Source of the DNA: an uncultured Pseudomonadota bacterium
GTDB taxonomy: Bacteria > Myxococcota_A > UBA796 > UBA2385
Direction: 5' to 3'
Length of the DNA: 41,121 nt
Assembly (NCBI GenBank): GCA_913044235.1
Contig: CAJWOS010000003.1
Location: 1 to 41,121 of the forward strand
Below are positions 9,540 through 18,278 of the stretch, piece after piece. The notes under the pieces are model-generated. The model was not told where the DNA came from. It worked only from the letters and a program-made list of their open reading frames with translations, and did not search any database. Numbering within the stretch: the first letter of the stretch is position 1; each line of letters starts with the position of its first letter. Made by a program: the position numbers and the translations under genes.

Positions 9540-10685
9540 TCAGCGCATGTGATGGTCGAGCTGGCGCAGATCGGGCTGAAGGTGCTCGACCAGGAGGCGC
9601 AACGCGGACAGAGCATCGTCGGTGTGCCCGTCGGTGCAGGCCTGTTCGATCTCGCGGGCGAGGGTGGCGAGGCGGACCAGTCCGAAGGTGCCAGTGGATG
9701 ATTTCAGGCTGTGCGCCTCTCGCCGGATCGTCTCGAAGTCGGAGACCGGGACTGCGGCCACCATCCGGTCCACCCGCTGGGGGGCATCCGTGGCCAAGGT
9801 GGCTTGGACGCGACGCAGGGCGGGCCCGAAGGTGTCCTTGAGCTGGTTGAGCACATCGAGATCGATGATGTCGGGCTGCGGATGGGCTCGCTCCGGGCTG
9901 GTGCGAAAGTCGGACTCGCGTTGCATGGCGGTGCGAATGGTGGAAATCAGGTGGTCGGGTGTGATTGGCTTTTCCACAAAACCATCCATCCCGGCGGCTG
10001 CAGCGGCTTCTCGATGACTCGGGAGCACATTGGCAGTCATTGCCACGACGGGGATGGAGCCCTTGGGAGACGGAAGGGACCGGATCATGCGAGTGGCGGT
10101 GAGTCCATCCATGGTGGGCATCTGGATGTCCATCACGATGGCGTCATAGGTCCGCCGCTTTACGGAGTTGACCGCTTCCAAGCCATTGACCACTGGGTGC
10201 ACAGTAAATCCGGCCGCCTGGAGCGCCAGCTCGGCGACCTCTTGATTGACGGGATTGTCTTCGGCCAGCAGGATCGCCACACGGGGTGACGTCTCGCTCG
10301 ACCCGTCGGGGGCATCGCGGCCGAGCGCAAGCAAGACCGCGCGTTGGATGCCGTCGGGATGGTCGATACCCACTTGCATGCCACGGGCTGTGCGATGGGG
10401 CGGTGCCGCGGAATCGGCATCGACCAGGACCAGTTGACAGTGCCGCAGTGCACCCACCAGCGTGTGCCGGAAGGCGTCGCGCATCGGGGGAGTCACGCCC
10501 GGCCCGAGGACGACTACGTGATGGGAACGTGGTGAGGCGGCACCGAGCAGCACCGCTTCTAGCCCCGCGCCCGAACGCTCCCGCTCGTCGACTTCCGAGC
10601 CGAGGGCAAGCAGGGCAGCGCCCCATACGGAGCGGAGGTCGGAGCGCTGTTCAACCAACAGGACTCGGGTTCCGGTGAGCACCAT
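9540..10685 (-). CDS. Response regulator: degenerate REC + REC + Hpt, no kinase domain
   Basis: RVLLVEQ.. (degenerate REC), ILLAEDNPVNQ...MDIQMPTMDG...EKP (REC) and REAHSLKSS (Hpt). GGAGAGGGA RBS precedes ATG 10685. Confidence 0.88.
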   Translation of the reverse strand: MVLTGTRVLLVEQRSDLRSVWGAALLALGSEVDERERSGAGLEAVLLGAASPRSHHVVVLGPGVTPPMRDAFRHTLVGALRHCQLVLVDADSAAPPHRTARGMQVGIDHPDGIQRAVLLALGRDAPDGSSETSPRVAILLAEDNPVNQEVAELALQAAGFTVHPVVNGLEAVNSVKRRTYDAIVMDIQMPTMDGLTATRMIRSLPSPKGSIPVVAMTANVLPSHREAAAAAGMDGFVEKPITPDHLISTIRTAMQRESDFRTSPERAHPQPDIIDLDVLNQLKDTFGPALRRVQATLATDAPQRVDRMVAAVPVSDFETIRREAHSLKSSTGTFGLVRLATLAREIEQACTDGHTDDALSALRLLVEHLQPDLRQLDHHMR

Positions 10686-10889
10686 TCCCTCTCCAGCGAC
10701 CATTGGTGGTGGGGTGACCCTTGCGCGGGAGCGTAGCCCGAACAGCCATGGGCGAACCAAAGCAGATCGCCGCGTGTCCCTTCTTGACACAACACGGACT
10801 GCTTGGACCAATTCCCGTTCAATGGGTCGCAATAAGGATGGGTCTGTGAGAAGATCGCGCCTCTCTCGACGACAACCGGAGTCGCCGTC

Positions 10890-12227
10890 ATGACCTCCTT
10901 CCGTCCCATGTGGTCGCCTCGACCATCCCAGCGGGCCTTCTGGTTCGTGGGCTGGATGGTGGTGAACGGTATCGGTGCTGGGCTTGGAGCGACACAAGCC
11001 CGCGCAAGCTCCGCCGCCGAGGCCGAGGCCGTACGACTCGACGAGGAAATGCGCAAGTTTGCGCAGCGCAACATCTGGGATGCCGTGGACAGCAGCTATG
11101 CGCGGTTGCGCGGGTTAGAGTCGAAGGGCGTTGATCTTTCGGCCGAACAACATGAGCTCGGTGCACAGGCTGCCCGAGAGCTTGGACGAATGCGCGAAGC
11201 TCGTGCCCGGTACCGCCTGGCGATGTCGACGGCGGTAGTACTAGCGGAGCAAGCGCGCCTCACAAGTGTTCTCGAAGACATCGACAACCGCTACGGTCGG
11301 GTTGAGCTGGCTGCAGCGAGCCGGGTGCGTCGGGATGCTCAGCTCGTGATGGTACCCCCGCCCTTTGCCGCCGATGCACGGGCCGCCATCTCCCACGCCA
11401 ACGCGGAAATTCGCATGACCGGGGGCTTTAACGGGCTGTTGCCAGTGGGTGAATATACCCTCGGCGCTACGAGCTTCATTGTGGCTGATACCGGTGGTGT
11501 CGTTCGCGCTGAAGCCATCGTGGCTGAACCGGTTGCCGAGGCGCCGCAGAAAGAGGCCGCGGCGCAAAAGCCGAAGCCGAAACCGGAGCCAAAACCCGAA
11601 CGCGAAAAGCGTGCGAAGCCGCCCAAAGAACCGGCCGCTGTCGGACTCGCCTCCGGCTTCTACACCGCGGTGGGCGGCGGTTCCGCTACTTGGCTTTCAC
11701 GGTCCTCTACCGCTGGAATCTATGTCCCGGCCGGCACGGGCGCATCGGTCCGCGTGGCTGGAGGCGGCATGTGGTCTGTCGGCTCGGTGGCGATTGTGGC
11801 GGAGCTGGCCTGGGATGGTCTCTACGGAAGTGGTGGTGCCCAGACGGCGGTGAACATGGCAGGTGCGGCTGCAGGCCTTGCGTTTGGCTCCAGCACTGTT
11901 CACGGGCGGGTGCTCGGTCAGTTTGGCGGCGGTTGGGCGTCCTTTACCGGCGTCGAACCCGAAAGCGCTTGCCAGGCCGACACCTCCTTTTCGCCAGACA
12001 CCCTGCCAGCGAGTGCGCCGGCGTGTGCGCAGCTCGACGTTTGGGAAAGCGCGGTGGTGGATGGGGGCGTCGCCAGTCCAGGAGTTCTGCTGGGTGGGGT
12101 GTTGACGCCTCCGGCGCTCGGCCGTGTGGGTTTTGGTATGGATGTGGGCCTGCGCAGCGTCAATGGGCAAATGATTCCGTGGACCTTCCTCGGTGTGCGC
12201 TACGCATTTGGTGGGAGCAACCAATGA
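10890..12227 (+). CDS. Secreted protein: helical N-domain, Pro/Lys linker, C-terminal outer-membrane beta-barrel-like region
   Basis: Signal-like N-terminus ending AQARA, a TPR-like helix pair, the linker KPKPKPEPKPE, Gly/aromatic beta-strands and terminal FLGVRYAF. GGAG RBS; ATGA overlap with the next gene. Confidence 0.7.
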   Translation: MTSFRPMWSPRPSQRAFWFVGWMVVNGIGAGLGATQARASSAAEAEAVRLDEEMRKFAQRNIWDAVDSSYARLRGLESKGVDLSAEQHELGAQAARELGRMREARARYRLAMSTAVVLAEQARLTSVLEDIDNRYGRVELAAASRVRRDAQLVMVPPPFAADARAAISHANAEIRMTGGFNGLLPVGEYTLGATSFIVADTGGVVRAEAIVAEPVAEAPQKEAAAQKPKPKPEPKPEREKRAKPPKEPAAVGLASGFYTAVGGGSATWLSRSSTAGIYVPAGTGASVRVAGGGMWSVGSVAIVAELAWDGLYGSGGAQTAVNMAGAAAGLAFGSSTVHGRVLGQFGGGWASFTGVEPESACQADTSFSPDTLPASAPACAQLDVWESAVVDGGVASPGVLLGGVLTPPALGRVGFGMDVGLRSVNGQMIPWTFLGVRYAFGGSNQ

Positions 12228-14314
12228 CGAACGGGCGTGTGATGGGGATCCTGTGCGGTTTGAGCGTCGCAGGATGCAACGGCTTCACTCTCGACGAGTC
12301 GCAATTTTCCAACGAGTTCTTTGATGCGGATGGAGATGGGGTCTCTCGCTTTTCGGTCGATGGCCAGGCGGCAGACTGTGACGACACCAATCCCGAGATC
12401 AGCCCTCGTCAGGTGGAGGTCTGCGATGGCATCGACAACAACTGCGATGAGCTGGTCGACCTTCCGCCTGCGGCGGAAGTCCTCAACGGGTTGCTCGAGC
12501 ACTGGGCCGACAGCGATGGTGACGGCTACGGCGATCCCCGCAGCGAGCTTCTTCGTTCGTGCGAACCCCCCGACGGCTATGTGCGGAACTACGACGACTG
12601 CGACGATCTTTCAGCGGATGTGGGGCCGGACGCCGCGGAGGTCTGCGACGGCCTCGACAACGACTGCAACGCGGTCGTCGATGACGTGTCCGAAGGGGAT
12701 GCGACCGAGGTGTATTTCCGGGATGCCGATGCCGATGGATACGGCACCGCCGAGGAGGTCTTGGCGTCCTGTGAGCCCAGCCCCCCGGCTGGATTCACCA
12801 ACAACAGTGACGACTGCGACGACACCAATCCCTATGTGAATCCGGGCGAGGGCACGATTGAAGTGTCTCGTGATGGAATCGATCAGGACTGCGACGGCGA
12901 AGACGACTGCACAGATCTGGACTGTGATGGTCGCCCGGATGGTGCCCTGGGATGGAGCGATTCGTGGGTGTTGCCTTGGTTTGACGGCGAAGAAGAAGGC
13001 AACGTCGGTCGGCTCGCAGTGTTGCGTTCCAGCGACGAGACGGCCTTCGAGATCGGTGCCGATGGGGCCACCACCGGGATCTGGGTGGGTGATGTGGATG
13101 GGGATGGCTACAAAGACATCATTCGCGCGGTGGGAGACGGTCGGGATGGCGAGCGTGATGTCGTGTATGCCGAGGTACACCTTGGACCCTTCAATCCCGA
13201 GCACGTGGACTACCCGGGGGCCGAAGCGAGCGTCGTGCAGCTACGCGCACGCGGAGCCACCAGTGTGGCGGTCGGAGATTTCGACGGGAATGGAGACCTG
13301 GACCTTGTGTTGGGTGGTCCAAAATCCCCCGAGTACCAGGTCGACGGCACCTCGGTGTTCATGAATGCATCCACTACGGTGGTGGACGGCGCGTCCCTCC
13401 TGTCTGCCGATCTCGGGTACGACACGGAAATCGTGCACAAGACGTTGGTCGAAGACATCAACAGCGACGGCTTCGACGACCTTGTGGTGTGTCACGGGCC
13501 CGAGCGCGACACGGTCCTCCCTTGGGGCGGCGGTGTTTTCGTGGCCTATGGCAGTGCCGCTGGTCTGGACCCGGCCCTTTCAGTGACGGACCTCGACGTG
13601 GACTCGTGCTCCGACATCGCCTTCGGCGAAGTAGCCGGGTCGGACGGCACCAGCCCGGCCTTGGTGGTGGTGCAGGGGTACGGCGGCGCCGGAGCGGATG
13701 ACCTCCTGTGGGGCTCGCCTGTGGTGATCCGGGTGAATGCCGATGGCTCTCTGAGCGGTGGCGACCCCCTCGCACTTGAGCTCGCCCACACGGTGCAAAT
13801 TGTGGATCTGGATGGCGATGGCGATCAAGATCTCCTGTTCGGAACAGGCCTGGATACCGGCCTGACGGGCGTGGTGACCGACACATGGCAGACCGTCCTG
13901 CAAGTGGTCGAAAATCAAGGCGGATTCCTTGTCACACGCGACGAGCTCGACCTCACCTCTCGGGGAGGAATGTTTCCGATTGTGGCGCCGTTCGATGATG
14001 CCGACGACCGAGTTGATCTGGTTGCGCCTGGCCACGACAACGATCCCAACATCGACCGTCCGACGGTGTGTCACCTGCAGTCTGAGGGTGCGTTTGGGTT
14101 CGGGACCGGGATCCCCTTGAGCGATGTTCCGGAGTGGATTCACGGTACAGCGTATGACTACAATGGAGACGGCCACCTCGATGTCGTGGGCGTGCGAGCG
14201 CCGCCGGAGGGGGGTCTGTTCGTCATCGAAGGTTCTGCCGACGGCCTCACAGAGAACTGGGACGTCATCTTGCCGGGTCTCACTGCAGCGGTTCCGCCCA
14301 TCTTGGTCGAGTAG
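12224..14314 (+). CDS. Lipoprotein with three Cys/Asp-rich putative metal-binding (MopE-like) repeats and an FG-GAP/VCBS propeller
   Basis: ATG 12224 overlaps the upstream stop; lipobox LSVAG-C. Three D.DGDG..DCDD..P..E.CDG.DN.C-type repeats. FG-GAP-like motifs GDVDGDGYKD, GDFDGNGDLD, EDINSDGFDD, DLDGDGDQD and DYNGDGHLD. Confidence 0.88.
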   Translation: MTNGRVMGILCGLSVAGCNGFTLDESQFSNEFFDADGDGVSRFSVDGQAADCDDTNPEISPRQVEVCDGIDNNCDELVDLPPAAEVLNGLLEHWADSDGDGYGDPRSELLRSCEPPDGYVRNYDDCDDLSADVGPDAAEVCDGLDNDCNAVVDDVSEGDATEVYFRDADADGYGTAEEVLASCEPSPPAGFTNNSDDCDDTNPYVNPGEGTIEVSRDGIDQDCDGEDDCTDLDCDGRPDGALGWSDSWVLPWFDGEEEGNVGRLAVLRSSDETAFEIGADGATTGIWVGDVDGDGYKDIIRAVGDGRDGERDVVYAEVHLGPFNPEHVDYPGAEASVVQLRARGATSVAVGDFDGNGDLDLVLGGPKSPEYQVDGTSVFMNASTTVVDGASLLSADLGYDTEIVHKTLVEDINSDGFDDLVVCHGPERDTVLPWGGGVFVAYGSAAGLDPALSVTDLDVDSCSDIAFGEVAGSDGTSPALVVVQGYGGAGADDLLWGSPVVIRVNADGSLSGGDPLALELAHTVQIVDLDGDGDQDLLFGTGLDTGLTGVVTDTWQTVLQVVENQGGFLVTRDELDLTSRGGMFPIVAPFDDADDRVDLVAPGHDNDPNIDRPTVCHLQSEGAFGFGTGIPLSDVPEWIHGTAYDYNGDGHLDVVGVRAPPEGGLFVIEGSADGLTENWDVILPGLTAAVPPILVE

Positions 14315-14325
14315 GCGGAGCTTCG

Positions 14326-16224
14326 ATGCTGTCTGCTGAATGTCCGAGCTGCGGAGCGCCTGTGCTCTTCCAGCATGCCGCGTCGGCTGCTGCGGTTTGC
14401 GGAAGCTGCCAGAGCACGGTGATTCGAGACGGCATCGACGAACTGGTGGTCTGGGGAAAAGTCAGCGCCTTTTCGCGCGACTTGTCGCCGATTCAGGTGG
14501 GGGCTTCCGGTGTATTGGGCGACCGCCCCTTCCAGGTGGCCGGGGTGCTGCGGCGGTCACGCCCCGGTGTGCGATGGAACGAGTGGTACATCGTGTTCGA
14601 TGACCGCACGACCGGCTGGCTCTCCGAAGGCAACGGTTTCCTGCAGATTTTTGGTGGTGCACACGCGGGGGCGGTCCTGCCGTCCTATGCATCGCTACAC
14701 CTCGGCGAGGCGATTGAGATCGGTGACGATCGGTACATTGTCATTGAGCGCGCTGAAGCGGCTGTCGTGGCGGCGGAAGGAGAGCTTCCCTTCGCGGTGA
14801 GTGATGGCTTGATGCGCCCGTACGCCGACCTTCGACGCTCAGACGGACGCGCGACGGGCACCATCGACTACGCTGACTCACCTCCCGAGTTCTGGCCGGG
14901 GCGCATCGTCACCTTGGAGTCCCTCAAGATGGAGGGACTGCGCGCGTTTGCCGGGTGGTCGGACCCGACGCTCGTGTCGATGCAAGGGCCGGAAGTTCAG
15001 CTCCGCCGGGGACTCGACTGTCCGAACTGCGGCGGTTCCTTGCCGCTGCGGGCGCCCGGCACCACGGTGCAGTTGGTGTGCGAATACTGCGGCTCGGAGC
15101 TCTCCATCGAGGAAGTGGGTGACGAAAACACCGCTCGCGTGCTTCGCGCCCACCGGGGCCAGGTCTGGAAGCCTCGGCTGCCGCTCGGCAAGCGTGGTCG
15201 GATCGACGACGTGGAGTGGGAGATCATCGGAGCGATGAAGCGTGCCGTGCGGGCCGATGGCATCGACTACCCCTGGGTCGAGTACTTTCTCCACAATCCG
15301 TATCGTGGCAGCCGATTTCTGATGGAAGATCAGCGAGGACACTGGAATCTCGCCGATCGGCTGGGCGGAGTTCCAACAAGCCAGGGCACCTCCGCCTGGG
15401 CGCGCCAGCGGCTCGGGTCTGAGGTCTACCGGCACTTCTCTGGTGGCAAGGCCGTTGTGCGAAACGTTTTGGGTGAGCTCGACTGGGAGGTCAAGGTCGG
15501 CGATTCCGTCGACACCCACGACTACGTCAGTCCACCGCACATGCTCTCTCGGGAAGGGGATCGGCACGAGGTGGCCTGGTCACGGTCTACCTACCTCTCA
15601 AAGGAAGCTGTAGAGGATGCTTTCGGTGTCTCAGTGCGGTCGCCATGGGGCGTCGCGGCCAACCAGCCCAATCCGTACAGCAAGCGGTCCATCTGGCTGG
15701 CCGCGATCCTCTCGGCAGGGTCTCTTTGGGTGGGCTCCCTGGTGGTTTTGCTCCTCGGAATCTTTCTGGCGCGGAACGAAACAGTCCTCGACTCGAGCTA
15801 CACGAGCACGGGTGCGGTCTCCGATGTCTGGGTGTCCGAGCCGTTTGCGGTCGACGCGGGTTTCCGCAACCACCTCGGTGTGCGCAGCTCCACCACGATG
15901 CTGCGCTCTGCCGGACAAGTTCATGTGGCCTTGATCAACCAGGACAATGGGCAGGTCTATCTCCCGCTCAACACCACCTCGCAGAACGCCGCAAGTGGGT
16001 CGATTTACTTCGCAGACCCCGGTGCCTACGTGGCGCGGGTGGAAATCGCTCGTCCCGCGCCATCGGCTGCCCAAGACAAGCTCAATGTGAAGATTGTTCT
16101 CGATCCCATCAGCGGCTTCCCCTGCTTCGCATTCTTCTTTCCGTTCCTGATCCCCATCGTGCTCACGCTCGCACGGGCATCGTTCGAGTCTCGGCGGTGG
16201 TCCGAGAGTGACCACGCCGGATGA
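14326..16224 (+). CDS. DUF4178-domain protein (two zinc-ribbon + DUF4178 units, C-terminal membrane region)
   Basis: CPSCGA..CGSC and CPNCGG..CEYCGS ribbons, each followed by a W.EW/Y...GWL-type beta domain. Two TM segments flank a soluble domain; the protein ends FESRRWSESD. Confidence 0.82.
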   Translation: MLSAECPSCGAPVLFQHAASAAAVCGSCQSTVIRDGIDELVVWGKVSAFSRDLSPIQVGASGVLGDRPFQVAGVLRRSRPGVRWNEWYIVFDDRTTGWLSEGNGFLQIFGGAHAGAVLPSYASLHLGEAIEIGDDRYIVIERAEAAVVAAEGELPFAVSDGLMRPYADLRRSDGRATGTIDYADSPPEFWPGRIVTLESLKMEGLRAFAGWSDPTLVSMQGPEVQLRRGLDCPNCGGSLPLRAPGTTVQLVCEYCGSELSIEEVGDENTARVLRAHRGQVWKPRLPLGKRGRIDDVEWEIIGAMKRAVRADGIDYPWVEYFLHNPYRGSRFLMEDQRGHWNLADRLGGVPTSQGTSAWARQRLGSEVYRHFSGGKAVVRNVLGELDWEVKVGDSVDTHDYVSPPHMLSREGDRHEVAWSRSTYLSKEAVEDAFGVSVRSPWGVAANQPNPYSKRSIWLAAILSAGSLWVGSLVVLLLGIFLARNETVLDSSYTSTGAVSDVWVSEPFAVDAGFRNHLGVRSSTTMLRSAGQVHVALINQDNGQVYLPLNTTSQNAASGSIYFADPGAYVARVEIARPAPSAAQDKLNVKIVLDPISGFPCFAFFFPFLIPIVLTLARASFESRRWSESDHAG

Positions 16225-16252
16225 GGCCCGTCGCCTATCGCAAGGGATTCCC

Positions 16253-16468
16253 ATGAAAATCGTCGTCTTCATGACCATCATCGGCGTGTTCATCCTGGCC
16301 GGGTCCTTGCTCTCCACGGTCACCGGGGTGGGCATTACCACTGGTCGCTCCGAGACCGTCCCCGTCAGCGTGCGCAACAACCCCAGTTCCTATCGTCCTG
16401 TCTACGGCACCTACTCCGGTTACCACACGCCCGTGTCTTCATCGGGCGGCTACAGCGCCGGAAAGTAG
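16253..16468 (+). CDS. Small membrane-anchored protein (71 aa) ending GGYSAGK
   Basis: Hydrophobic N-terminal helix followed by SVRNNPSSYRP and a Gly/Ser/Tyr tail. It sits in the operon between DUF4178 and DUF350. Confidence 0.75.
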   Translation: MKIVVFMTIIGVFILAGSLLSTVTGVGITTGRSETVPVSVRNNPSSYRPVYGTYSGYHTPVSSSGGYSAGK

Positions 16469-16499
16469 TACCGACCGTGTCCTCTGTGTGGAGTCCCCG

Positions 16500-16721
16500 A
16501 TGGACCAGATCCTCGACCCCAATGTTTTGCTCGCCACGATTGTCTACTCCGTGGTGGGCATCGCGGTGTTTGCTGCCGCATTCTTCTTGATGGTCCAGAT
16601 TGCGCCATTCTCGGTGAAGAAGGAAATCGAGGAAGACCAGAACATCTCGCTCGGTATCTTGATGGGCAGCGTCTTTATTGGACTGGCCATCATCATTGCT
16701 GCTGCCCTCGTGGGTGGCTGA
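16500..16721 (+). CDS. DUF350 (YjfL-like) small two-TM membrane protein
   Basis: GGAG RBS; ATIVYSVVG...APFSVKKEIEEDQNISLGILMGSVFIGLAIIIAAA fits the DUF350 pattern. Confidence 0.88.
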   Translation: MDQILDPNVLLATIVYSVVGIAVFAAAFFLMVQIAPFSVKKEIEEDQNISLGILMGSVFIGLAIIIAAALVGG

Positions 16722-16742
16722 GCCCGCATCCCGGCAGCGTTC

Positions 16743-18278
16743 ATGCACAGCCGACCAGCGCCGGCGGGCTTTCGTCGGGTGCTCTTCCTCTCCGCTTTCT
16801 TCATCGCCACCTGCGGCCTCGTGTACGAGCTGGTGGCGGGTGCGATGGCCTCGTACCTGCTCGGCGACTCTGTCACCTGGTTTTCCCTGGTCATCGGCAC
16901 GTACCTGAGCGCGATGGGCGTGGGCTCGTACCTGTCACGCTTTCTCGATCGGGGTCTGTTGGCTCGGTTCGTGGAAATCGAGGTGGCAGTGGCGCTCATC
17001 GGGGGACTCGAAGCGCCGATTCTGTTTGCCGGCTTCGTCTACAGTCCCGGCTTTAAGGCGCTGCTGTTCATTCAGGTGTTTGCCATCGGTACGCTCGTTG
17101 GGCTCGAGCTGCCCCTGCTGATTCGCATCCTGGAGCGGGAGACCTCCCTCAAGGAGCTCGTCGCCCGCGTGTTGTTCTTAGACTACATCGGCGCTCTGGC
17201 GGCCTCTTTGGCCTTCCCGCTGCTGCTCGTACCCAGACTCGGTCTCTTCCGAACCTCTTTGGCGCTGGGCCTACTCAATGCGGCGGTCGCCTTCGGCACC
17301 ACCTTTGTGTTCCGGGCTGCTGCGCCCGTGAAGCTTCGGCTGCGGTTGATGGCGGGTGGAGCGATGGCGGTGTTGACCGCTGGACTGTTCTTTGCTGGAA
17401 ACGCAGAAAAGCAGCTGCAGGCCACGCTGTTCGCTGACCCCGTGGTGTTCCGCGAAGTCTCTCCCTACCAGCGTCTCGCGGTGACCCATCGTGGTGGGGA
17501 TACCCGCCTGTTCATCAACGGAGCCCTGCAGTTCAGCACGGTCGATGAATACCGCTATCACGAGGCGCTCGTGCATCCAGCCATGGTGTCGGTCGACCGT
17601 CCGGCGCGGATTCTGGTGCTCGGCGGTGGAGACGGTCTCGCCGTGCGAGAGGTGCTGCGGCACGACACGGTCGAGTCTGTGGTTCTCGTAGATCTCGACC
17701 CTGCCATGACCCGGCTGTTTCGGGACCGGCCGGAGCTGTCGGTGCTCAATGAGTCGGCGCTCTCCGATCCACGGGTCGAGGTGGTCAACGCGGATGCCTT
17801 TACTTGGCTGGCCGGCGAGCGGGAAGAACGCGTGCCCTTCGACGTGGCCATCGTCGACTTTCCCGATCCCAACAACTACAGCCTCGGAAAGCTCTATACG
17901 GCCCGGTTCTACCGGATGCTGCTCGACAGCCTCGCACCCTACGGGGTCGCTGCGGTGCAGTCCACCTCGCCGATGTACTCACCGTCGGCATTTTGGTGCA
18001 TCACGCGCACGGTCCGCCACGCAGGGTTTGCTGTCAGGCCCTACCATGCCTACATCCCGAGCTTTGGGGAGTGGGGATTCGTGTTGGCCTCTCGACAGTC
18101 GGACGTGGCGTTTGCCACGCTGCCCACAGGGCTGCGGTTCCTGGACCAGCCCACCCTGGATGGCCTGTTCCACTTTCCGCCCGACATGCGGGTCGATGAC
18201 GGGCCGATCAACCGACTCGACAACCAGGCGCTGGTTCGGCTCTATGAAGAGGACTGGCGGGACATGCTGAAGCGATGA
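16743..18278 (+). CDS. speE: Polyamine aminopropyltransferase (spermidine synthase-like) with N-terminal multi-TM domain
   Basis: About 7 TM helices (CGLVYEL..., GTLVGLELPL), then SPYQR, LFINGALQFS..DEYRYHEALVHP, LVLGGGDGLAVRE, VDLDP and DFPDP. Confidence 0.92.
   Translation: MHSRPAPAGFRRVLFLSAFFIATCGLVYELVAGAMASYLLGDSVTWFSLVIGTYLSAMGVGSYLSRFLDRGLLARFVEIEVAVALIGGLEAPILFAGFVYSPGFKALLFIQVFAIGTLVGLELPLLIRILERETSLKELVARVLFLDYIGALAASLAFPLLLVPRLGLFRTSLALGLLNAAVAFGTTFVFRAAAPVKLRLRLMAGGAMAVLTAGLFFAGNAEKQLQATLFADPVVFREVSPYQRLAVTHRGGDTRLFINGALQFSTVDEYRYHEALVHPAMVSVDRPARILVLGGGDGLAVREVLRHDTVESVVLVDLDPAMTRLFRDRPELSVLNESALSDPRVEVVNADAFTWLAGEREERVPFDVAIVDFPDPNNYSLGKLYTARFYRMLLDSLAPYGVAAVQSTSPMYSPSAFWCITRTVRHAGFAVRPYHAYIPSFGEWGFVLASRQSDVAFATLPTGLRFLDQPTLDGLFHFPPDMRVDDGPINRLDNQALVRLYEEDWRDMLKR

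Noticed and set aside
10784-10812. TTGACA hexamers here and at 2225-2230 as sigma-70 promoters
   Set aside because: No convincing -10 hexamer at 16-18 bp spacing.
11690-12223. N-terminal extension of the 874-aa ORF
   Set aside because: It overlaps the upstream gene in another frame. The lipoprotein signal and ATGA coupling place the start at 12224.
12300-12930. Recurring GACTGCGACGAC-like sequences as a possible CRISPR or DNA repeat array
   Set aside because: The repeats are degenerate, in frame and explained by Cys/Asp protein repeats; there are no constant repeats with spacers and no cas genes.
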